Source: an uncultured bacterium
GTDB taxonomy: Bacteria; CG03; CAZUQH01
Reading direction: 5' to 3'
DNA length: 43,799 nt
Assembly (NCBI GenBank): GCA_964622465.1
Contig: CAZUQH010000005.1
Coordinates: 1-43,799, forward strand
Part shown: positions 16,452-23,619 of the stretch, piece by piece
Layout of the letters: each line of letters starts with the position of its first letter
Numbering within the stretch: position 1 is the first letter of the stretch
The notes under the pieces: model-generated
Seen by the model: the letters and a program-made list of their open reading frames with translations, nothing else
Database searches by the model: none
Told to the model about the DNA's origin: nothing
Translations under genes and position numbers: made by a program

Positions 16452-17723
16452 TCAGCGCTCAACCAGCACCTCTCTTTCAACGCGCCTTGATGCATCATAG
16501 AGCGCCTGATACACGGTTTTCCTTCCACTCAAGCACGCGTACATCTCAGCGTTCACGACCTCTTCAAGCCGGGAATATTCAATTACCGGCGGACGTGCAA
16601 TTGCAGTCGTCATCTGTTTCATAAACACCTCTAGTTCCGGCGATTCCTTGAATTCTACCAGTGGATACGCATTGAGATTTACAGGAATCTGACCGAGTGT
16701 GTTGCACCATTTTGCCTGTATTTCCGGCGAGGTCAGAAACCTCAGGAATTCGTATGCCATCTCAGGATGTTTACACTCCCTGAAGACAACAATGTTGGTA
16801 CCGCCGACATTGGTAGATGTCCCGCGGGGTCCCTCCGGAATTAGAGCAACCCCAAAATCAACCCCTGCGTCTTTAAACTGCTGGACATTCCAGGGACCGC
16901 TAAAAATCATTGAATACATGCCGTTCTTGAATCCGGTATCAGGGTCTATCGCACCTGCCTGCCATGCACCTACCTCAACACGGTGCTTCTGGTAAAGGTC
17001 TACTTTGAGCTGGAACGCAGCGACTCCCTCATCGCTGTCAAGAAGACATTTCGTCCCGTCTTCGCTTAAGAATTTGACGCCAAAAGTGTTGAAGAACGGA
17101 AAAGTCCACCACAGGGAATTGTGCATTGCAAATCCAAAGCGGTCCGTGCGCCCGTCTCTATCAAGGTCACGGGTTAGTTTCTTTGCGACCTGTATGAATT
17201 CATCCCAGTTTCGTGGAGGTACTGTAATTCCTGCTTCCATGAAATGTTTCTTGTTGTAAAACAGCGCGACGCCAGTGGTCTGGTCAGGGATGCCCCAGAT
17301 TCCACCTTTCAATATGTTTGAATTGATAGCAGCCGGGACATACTCGTGAATTATTTTGTCTGCACCAAATTGCTTCAGGTCAATTATGGAATTAGACAGG
17401 ACAAGGCGGGGAACGAAAGCAACATCTACTCTTGCTATGTCAGGCGCTGTATGGGTAACCATTGAGGTCATATATTTCATTTCGTGACCTTCCCACGGCA
17501 CACGCTTCACATGAAGACGAACGCCAGGATTTCTTCTCATAAACTCTTCTGCTATCTTCAGAAACACCTTATGCTCTGCTTCGTTGTAGGTCTCCCATAT
17601 TGTTAGAATAATTTCCTCTGCAGGGGCGCTTGCCTTTTTTTCACCCTTTGCGCAGCCAATCAGCACACACATACCAACTAAGAGCAGCGCAATTTTCTTC
17701 TTGTGTTTCTGAAATTCCAGCAT
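16452..17723 (-). CDS. carbohydrate ABC transporter substrate-binding lipoprotein (family 1; maltodextrin-type inferred from context)
   Basis: Start ATG 17723 behind AAGGAG. Lipobox VLIGC in MLEFQKHKKKIALLLVGMCVLIGCAKG. Typical sugar-SBP layout (LTIWETYNEAEHKVFLKIAEEFMRRNPGVRLHVKRVPW...). Confidence 0.8.
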   Translation of the reverse strand: MLEFQKHKKKIALLLVGMCVLIGCAKGEKKASAPAEEIILTIWETYNEAEHKVFLKIAEEFMRRNPGVRLHVKRVPWEGHEMKYMTSMVTHTAPDIARVDVAFVPRLVLSNSIIDLKQFGADKIIHEYVPAAINSNILKGGIWGIPDQTTGVALFYNKKHFMEAGITVPPRNWDEFIQVAKKLTRDLDRDGRTDRFGFAMHNSLWWTFPFFNTFGVKFLSEDGTKCLLDSDEGVAAFQLKVDLYQKHRVEVGAWQAGAIDPDTGFKNGMYSMIFSGPWNVQQFKDAGVDFGVALIPEGPRGTSTNVGGTNIVVFRECKHPEMAYEFLRFLTSPEIQAKWCNTLGQIPVNLNAYPLVEFKESPELEVFMKQMTTAIARPPVIEYSRLEEVVNAEMYACLSGRKTVYQALYDASRRVEREVLVER

Positions 17724-17725
17724 CT

Positions 17726-18610
17726 TTACTCCTTTAGCGCGCCAACGGTCATGCCCTGAATAAAGAATCTCTGGGCAAATCCAAAGATTATTGCAATCGG
17801 AACAATGGAAAATGCACTCGCAGCCATCAGTTTTGTCCATTCGGTGGTATATTGACCACGAAAGAGCGCAAGACCAACAGGCAATGTCAGAAGAGGTGAA
17901 TCAGGGGTATTTACTACAAGTTGCCACAAGAAGTTATTCCAGTGAAAGAGAAATGTAATCAAAAAGACCGTTGCTATCGCCGGCATAGACAGAGGCACTA
18001 CAAATGTAAAGAATATTCGCCAGTCGCCTGCCCCATCTATTTTCGCCTGTTCAATCACAGAGTCAGGCAAGGTCTCCATATACTGCCTCAACAGGAACAA
18101 TCCCCATACGCTTGCGAGATGTGGAACAAACATTCCCTGATATGTGTTAACCCAGCGAAAAGTACTGACGAGTGCGAACTGCGGTACTAAATAGACCATG
18201 CCTGGCACCATCATTGTTGCAAGAAGAGTCCAGAAAAGTGGTTCTTTGCCGGCAAAATCCTTCTTCGCAAAAACATATGCGCCCATACTGCACATCAATG
18301 CTGTAACTGCACCACCTGCGGTCGCAACTACTAAACTGTTCAGAAAGAACTTTCCGAACGGATAGTCGGGATTTTTCCAGACGGAAGCAAAATTAGAGAA
18401 CAGTGGTTTTGCCCACGAAAAATCAAATGTAAAAGCGTGCCCTTCTTCCTTGAGCGCAACCCACAGCATCCAGAAGAACGGGAACAGCATTGCTACAGCC
18501 ATAATTACAAGGACAACCATGAGCGCTCCGCGGCGGAATCTTCTCTTCAACTCTTCAAGACGGGATTCGTTTATTTCTTCTTCCTCAAGTCCTGGTTCAG
18601 CTCTTTTCAC
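17726..18610 (-). CDS. carbohydrate ABC transporter permease (MalG-like)
   Basis: Six predicted TM segments. EAA-type loop EQAKIDGAGDWRIFFTFVVPLSMPA. Stop TAA lies 2 nt before the SBP ATG. The GTG start at 18610 is uncertain. Confidence 0.85.
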   Translation of the reverse strand: MKRAEPGLEEEEINESRLEELKRRFRRGALMVVLVIMAVAMLFPFFWMLWVALKEEGHAFTFDFSWAKPLFSNFASVWKNPDYPFGKFFLNSLVVATAGGAVTALMCSMGAYVFAKKDFAGKEPLFWTLLATMMVPGMVYLVPQFALVSTFRWVNTYQGMFVPHLASVWGLFLLRQYMETLPDSVIEQAKIDGAGDWRIFFTFVVPLSMPAIATVFLITFLFHWNNFLWQLVVNTPDSPLLTLPVGLALFRGQYTTEWTKLMAASAFSIVPIAIIFGFAQRFFIQGMTVGALKE

Positions 18611-18643
18611 CTTATCATGTTTCCTCGGGCAGTGCCCTGCAAT

Positions 18644-19561
18644 TTATCTTGTCCGCAGTGCGCGTGCATTCGCATAGGAAATCCCGAGCGTGACAAGAAG
18701 CAAAACGAAAGATATGGCTGCTGTGTAACCGTAGCGCATTGTCTGCCAGTTCTCAAAAAGGTAATACCCTGTCACGCGTGTCATTCCCTGAGTTACACCA
18801 CCGACAACTGCATAGGGTCTGCCGCTTGTCATTGCAAAGAATTCAGCAAAAGCATTCAATGCCTGAATCATTCCTGTTATTGACAGGAACAATACTATCG
18901 GTTTAACCAGCGGCAGAGTAATCAGCCAGAATTTCTGTCCAGCGTTTGCACCATCTATATCTGCCGCTTCGTACACGGATGTTGGAATATTTTGTATTGC
19001 TGCAAGGAACAAAATCATCCCGAATCCGAGCCCTTTGAGAACCACTGCGAATGCAACACCGAGCATTGCAGTCCTTGGATTGCCCAGTATGCCTGTCTGC
19101 GAAAAATAAGTTATTCCAAGAGAACTGAGAAACCTGTCAAGAATGCCGTAGTGTGGACTGTATATGAAAACCCAGATAATTCCAACTACAAGCATGTCAA
19201 GAACATTTGGAAGAAAATAGGCGGTTCTAAAGAATTTTACTCCCTGCAGTTTCTGATTCATAACTACTGCGAGCAAAAGAGAACCCAAGACACTGAATGG
19301 AATGCAGAGCGCTGCGTAGTAGAATGTCATTAAAAGTGACCACCAGAAGCGGGGGTCCTGCAATAACTCCAGGTAATTTCCAAAACCAACAAACTTCATT
19401 GTGGTGAAACAGTTAAACAGGTCGGTTGTCCACGATACTCTGTTCACGCTCAGCCACATAGAGTAGAAAATTGGATAGGCAAGGAATATCCCGAAGACAA
19501 TCAAGAAAGGCAAAAGAAATACATACGAAACCATGGTGTTCTGCCGCACAGTTCTTTTCAT
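18644..19561 (-). CDS. carbohydrate ABC transporter permease (MalF-like)
   Basis: EAA-type loop YEAADIDGANAGQKFWLITLPLVKP. ATG 19561 with GGGAG 7 nt upstream is preferred over the GTG at 19582. Confidence 0.85.
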   Translation of the reverse strand: MKRTVRQNTMVSYVFLLPFLIVFGIFLAYPIFYSMWLSVNRVSWTTDLFNCFTTMKFVGFGNYLELLQDPRFWWSLLMTFYYAALCIPFSVLGSLLLAVVMNQKLQGVKFFRTAYFLPNVLDMLVVGIIWVFIYSPHYGILDRFLSSLGITYFSQTGILGNPRTAMLGVAFAVVLKGLGFGMILFLAAIQNIPTSVYEAADIDGANAGQKFWLITLPLVKPIVLFLSITGMIQALNAFAEFFAMTSGRPYAVVGGVTQGMTRVTGYYLFENWQTMRYGYTAAISFVLLLVTLGISYANARALRTR

Positions 19562-19582
19562 AATCACACTCCCGTTATCCAC

Positions 19583-19605
19583 GGTCCGCTGCGCCAGCAG
19601 CCGAC
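19583..19605. repeat. GC-rich palindromic intergenic repeat, copy D (REP-like hairpin)
   Basis: GGTCCGCTGCGCCAGCAGCCGAC. Hairpin GTCcGCTGC-GCCA-GCAGcCGAC has 8 bp and 1 mismatch. The first 13 nt match 7531-7543 at 12/13. The last 14 nt match 15301-15315 apart from a 1-nt gap. Confidence 0.5.
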
Positions 19606-19616
19606 TCAGTGTAAAG

Positions 19617-20531
19617 TTACCTGCGTGGTACTACCCCAGACCATGTTATTCCTAAATAGTGGCTAAGCGAGTTGTCCAGCATTCCGGTAGTTGCGGTAAG
19701 CGCATAGTCAATGCTAATACTGGAAACCCTGATGGTTGCTCCGCAGCCAAACCGCCTGAGGTCGTAGCCAGCGCGTAGAGTGAACGGCTGTTTATTGGGC
19801 GATATTTCCAGCCCAAACGCAATGTCACTCTCTATTATACTTCTCCTGACCGAATAATCAATAATTACCCTGTACCAGTCCCGTTTGTAACTTACACCTG
19901 CTTCTAACTGGAGTGGGAGATGTTGAGTGCCAAGAACGCCAACCTCAACAGGGACCAAATTTGACGCACAGATACCAAGTGAACCCCATGTAAATGGATA
20001 ATAGAGCCCGAGGTCACAGGTCATTTTGGAAGATTTTTTTCCGTAGCTCTCACAGAATCCTTTTAGATATTCATCCGGTGCATACTCCTGACTGAGACTC
20101 TTGATTCTAACTCCCACAAAAGAACCGGAGAGCTTGCCTGCCAGATAAAGCGAACCGATGTTCTCTTTATAGAGTTCACTGGCAGAGAAGGAACTGAATC
20201 CTGCCCCCAGCGTTACTATATCAAGCGGATACACGCCAAGGACAGTGCACTGAGACCAACTGGTGTTATACCAGCCAGGCACGAGTTGCGATGGCCCACC
20301 AAGTCCGCGGAATAATATCGCTGAATCGGCAACGAGAATCATGTTTCCCGGAACAGCAATCAATGCAGGGTTTTTGAGAGAAACATAATCGTTGCGGACA
20401 AGCGTTACAGCCGCACCTGCAAGTCCAGCAACCCGCGCCTGCTCAGGGTCCTGGAAAACAGCACCCGAGCGCACGCCGTTTAAGATAAGCATGGCGCAAA
20501 CAATCAGGAACATTCTGTTTAAGTTTCTCAT
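19617..20531 (-). CDS. PorV/PorQ-like small outer-membrane beta-barrel
   Basis: Signal peptide MRNLNRMFLIVCAMLILNGVRSGA. N-terminal hallmark-like ARVAGLAGAAVTLVRNDYVSLKNPALIAV. C-terminal FTLRAGYDLRRFGCGATIRVSSISIDYAL. The ATG overlaps the upstream stop (ATGA). Confidence 0.55.
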   Translation of the reverse strand: MRNLNRMFLIVCAMLILNGVRSGAVFQDPEQARVAGLAGAAVTLVRNDYVSLKNPALIAVPGNMILVADSAILFRGLGGPSQLVPGWYNTSWSQCTVLGVYPLDIVTLGAGFSSFSASELYKENIGSLYLAGKLSGSFVGVRIKSLSQEYAPDEYLKGFCESYGKKSSKMTCDLGLYYPFTWGSLGICASNLVPVEVGVLGTQHLPLQLEAGVSYKRDWYRVIIDYSVRRSIIESDIAFGLEISPNKQPFTLRAGYDLRRFGCGATIRVSSISIDYALTATTGMLDNSLSHYLGITWSGVVPRR

Positions 20532-22609
20532 CTGACCACCACCACTGTTCCTGAGATTACTTTACTTCCTGTCTTAATCTGGTAGATATAAGGTCCACAC
20601 TCAACAATGTTGTCGCGCTCATCAACTCCTGCCCAGTCAGTGCCTTTTAGAGTTTTGACCTTTCGTCCAGCCCGGTCATAAATCACAATCTCTATATTTT
20701 CTAACTGACCGCGGAAGTTGAAACTAACACATTCTCCTCTATCAGGCACAAACATAGGTCTTGAAACTGATGCCAGTTCTGTTTCATCACCAGCCGGTGC
20801 TTCGGATTCAAAAATGGCGTAGCGTCCAAGATGCTGAGTTGTTGCTATCAATGTGTTGCGCGAGATGTCAAGTTCCGAATTGAGGCGAACCCACCGCGCC
20901 CCATCCCAGTACCACATTGAAAGTGCCTGCTCCGTAACCTCAAGGGCGCTTACATCGCTATCAAAATACTTCAGCCGGATTTGTACCGGTTTTGAAAAGG
21001 TAAAACCTATTTTGTTTCCAGCCGTATCTTCGCACCAGAAATCGTACACCGCAACAGGTATGCGGCAGGTGATACCAATATTTTCCAGTGGCACCTGGCT
21101 ATCCGCTACAAGTATTCCCTGGCTTTGATATGCGCCGAAAATACTCACAGTCCCCTTTCCACAATTTGAAGCAAGCAGGAGAGATGTTCTGCCTGAACTT
21201 TCACCTGAATCCGGCAAAGAAACCTCACCGCCGTTCACAAGATTGCAGGTCAGTTCCTGCGTATCATCTATCTTTAGAGTAACTACTGAGCCGTTTCCGG
21301 GAAAGTCGCCGCTTCTTCCATCGTTCTTTACTGCGTGAATATAGTAGTAGATTGTGCCTTCATCGGTAACGCTTGCCGGAATATCCGCTTTCCCTGATGA
21401 AAAACTGACAGATGTATATGTGGTGTCTTCCTTGCGCTTGTAATAGAGAGTTGCGCTTTGAATCTGGCCGGACGGCTCAAACTGCGCTACAATTTCAATT
21501 GGTCGGCCGGGATATGCAAACGCTGTCACGGGAGTATGTCCAATCATTGGCGGAGAATATGGCGTAGCTGACACCTGACTGCTTGTATCGCTTTCATTAC
21601 AGCTGGTATCCACACTTGTGACACAGAAATAGTATGTGGTCTCGTTTGACAGTCCTGTCGCCTGAAACTGATTGCTCGCAAGCGGCGTGGAATTTAATCT
21701 GTCTCCTTTCAAACCTTGAACAGTGCTCTGCCATACATAGTAACCTGCAAGGTCGCAAGCAGATGTAACCTTCTGCCACTGTAAATTAACACAGCAATCT
21801 CCGGCAGTTGCTGAAATATTTTTAGGAATCGGAGGTGGAGTAAAATCGTCACCCGGAGAAACCCCCGAATCCGCGCCACAATCGCCGTCTCTGTCTACTG
21901 GTACTACACACCAGGCGCTGAACTTGAACTGGTCATACCAGTTAGCGCCGAAATCATCTTCCTGGTTCGGAATTGCCTCATGGACACTTCCGATGAGAGT
22001 CCCATCGTCGCCTGCTGAGAGAGCCACAATAATTTTCAACATTGCGTGTTGCGGAACGCCACCTGGAACCCCGGGGAAGAGAACGCTCCAAGGTATGCCG
22101 AGCTCTGCAGAACCGGAAATGCCGCTGCCTCCCCCCTTACTCGCTCCGTTCGCTTGGCCTGAGAGGTTATCGGTTTGTACAGTTGTCGTGATTCTAAAGA
22201 ACCTGAAAGATGGGTTGTCCTGCATTTCATAGAGTTCCCATTGATAGTCAGGCTTGAACGATTCCGGGAAAAGATGATTTTTCCTGTGCCAGTATTCAAG
22301 ACCGGAAGCGTCTGTTATGTCGCCAAATCCCCAATCGTCCACTATATCAAGATAGACCCATACTCCGTTTCCCTCCTGTGCGCCTGATACCCCAAGATAA
22401 AGATTATTTGCATCCCATGTACAGTAGAGGTCATAAAGTTCATTCTTGTCGCCCCAGGGTGAATCATAATGGAGGTCGGCATAAATCAGTTCGTCACTTG
22501 AGAAATCACCTATATCCCCGTCCACTAGAATAGTATGTGGAGTTAATCCAAAAGATGTGCTTGCTATTGCAAACAAAAAAGCGCTAATTAGAGATAGCGC
22601 TCTGCTCAC
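20528..22609 (-). CDS. secreted CBM9/DOMON-like + FN3 surface protein with FlgD-Ig-like (T9SS-style) C-terminal domain
   Basis: Signal MSRALSLISAFLFAIASTSFG (GTG start). N-terminal ILVDGDIGDFSS...LYDLYCTWDANNLYLGVSG. FN3 segment NISATAGDCCVNLQWQKV...TTYYFCVTSVD. C-terminal FVPDRGECVSFNF...IVIYDRAGRKVKTL...GPYIYQIKTGSKVISGTVVVVR. Confidence 0.65.
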   Translation of the reverse strand: MSRALSLISAFLFAIASTSFGLTPHTILVDGDIGDFSSDELIYADLHYDSPWGDKNELYDLYCTWDANNLYLGVSGAQEGNGVWVYLDIVDDWGFGDITDASGLEYWHRKNHLFPESFKPDYQWELYEMQDNPSFRFFRITTTVQTDNLSGQANGASKGGGSGISGSAELGIPWSVLFPGVPGGVPQHAMLKIIVALSAGDDGTLIGSVHEAIPNQEDDFGANWYDQFKFSAWCVVPVDRDGDCGADSGVSPGDDFTPPPIPKNISATAGDCCVNLQWQKVTSACDLAGYYVWQSTVQGLKGDRLNSTPLASNQFQATGLSNETTYYFCVTSVDTSCNESDTSSQVSATPYSPPMIGHTPVTAFAYPGRPIEIVAQFEPSGQIQSATLYYKRKEDTTYTSVSFSSGKADIPASVTDEGTIYYYIHAVKNDGRSGDFPGNGSVVTLKIDDTQELTCNLVNGGEVSLPDSGESSGRTSLLLASNCGKGTVSIFGAYQSQGILVADSQVPLENIGITCRIPVAVYDFWCEDTAGNKIGFTFSKPVQIRLKYFDSDVSALEVTEQALSMWYWDGARWVRLNSELDISRNTLIATTQHLGRYAIFESEAPAGDETELASVSRPMFVPDRGECVSFNFRGQLENIEIVIYDRAGRKVKTLKGTDWAGVDERDNIVECGPYIYQIKTGSKVISGTVVVVR

Positions 22610-23559
22610 TAGAATTTGCCTCCAAATGAGAACCGGTGAGTATAGCCAAGGTCGCCATACGGCACAAACGCATAGTCAATATAGTAGTTATAGATTCTAA
22701 ATCCGCAGCCGGAAGTCAATCCAGATAGCGCGCCAAGCACATTTCCGCCAACTCTTTGCTTGTAACCTGCACGCAAAGCAATGCGTCCCCAGAGCCACAA
22801 TTCAGCACCTGCTTTCACAGTAAGGTTGTTGTCAATCGGCTGTTCCGCCTCTATTGCAAGAAGCAATCCGTCTCTGAAATATGAGCCACTTGCTCCAAGC
22901 CGGACAATTAACGGGATGGATTCGTGCATCCGGTCAAATTTTAGCGACCCGCCGATATTCTGCACTGCAATGCCTGCTCGCCATACTCCACCAAGCATCG
23001 GCTCCTCTGCGAGTATTCCTATATCGCTGGATAGCGTATCTGCCTCAGCGTCATCAATTGATTCAGCAATATACTTAATAGATACGCCTGCTCCAACTTG
23101 TGTGGATAGTTTCCTGCCTGCTGCAAGCACCCCAAGCTTATCCCATGCGCCCCACCTATCATCCAGAATCAGGTAGCCGTCATAATTATTCGCTATGATG
23201 GTGCGTGGAATACCATCCGTATGAAGGTAACTCATATTAAGCCCGAGAGTAAACCAGTTCAAAACTGGCTGGACATAACAAAGTGAATGATACTTAATAT
23301 CCTGGAACCATTCAATGTGCATTGCGGAAAATTCAATTCTGTCAAGATAGGCAAGACCTGCAGGATTCAATAACACGCTTGCGGCGTCATCAGCGATACC
23401 AACAAATGCTTCTCCGAGCGCAACAGGCCTTGCAGCAGTCCCGATTTTGAGGAAGCTGCCAGAAGTAGTGCCAGGACCTTTTGCATCAGCAGGCGCTGTT
23501 CCACTTATGCCTATCATAAACATTAGCACCATGATTACAACCACTTTGCGTCTAAACAT
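22609..23559 (-). CDS. PorV/PorQ-family outer-membrane beta-barrel
   Basis: Signal MFRRKVVVIMVLMFMIGISGTAPADA. Hallmark SFLKIGTAARPVALGEAFVGIADDAASVLLNPAGLAYL. C-terminal ...YIDYAFVPYGDLGYTHRFSFGGKF with terminal Phe. The stop overlaps the next gene's GTG by 1 nt. Confidence 0.7.
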   Translation of the reverse strand: MFRRKVVVIMVLMFMIGISGTAPADAKGPGTTSGSFLKIGTAARPVALGEAFVGIADDAASVLLNPAGLAYLDRIEFSAMHIEWFQDIKYHSLCYVQPVLNWFTLGLNMSYLHTDGIPRTIIANNYDGYLILDDRWGAWDKLGVLAAGRKLSTQVGAGVSIKYIAESIDDAEADTLSSDIGILAEEPMLGGVWRAGIAVQNIGGSLKFDRMHESIPLIVRLGASGSYFRDGLLLAIEAEQPIDNNLTVKAGAELWLWGRIALRAGYKQRVGGNVLGALSGLTSGCGFRIYNYYIDYAFVPYGDLGYTHRFSFGGKF

Positions 23560-23598
23560 AATAGTCCTTACGCACCGTCACTCCTTGCCGCTGGAGGC

Positions 23599-23615
23599 GG
23601 TCGGTGCGCCGACGT
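23599..23615. repeat. GC-rich palindromic intergenic repeat, copy B (REP-like hairpin)
   Basis: GGTCGGTGCGCCGACGT matches 15150-15166 at 15/17. Hairpin GTCGG-tgcg-CCGAC. Lies 5 nt downstream of the 862-aa gene stop and about 40 nt upstream of the PorV-like ATG. Confidence 0.5.
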
Positions 23616-23619
23616 GACA

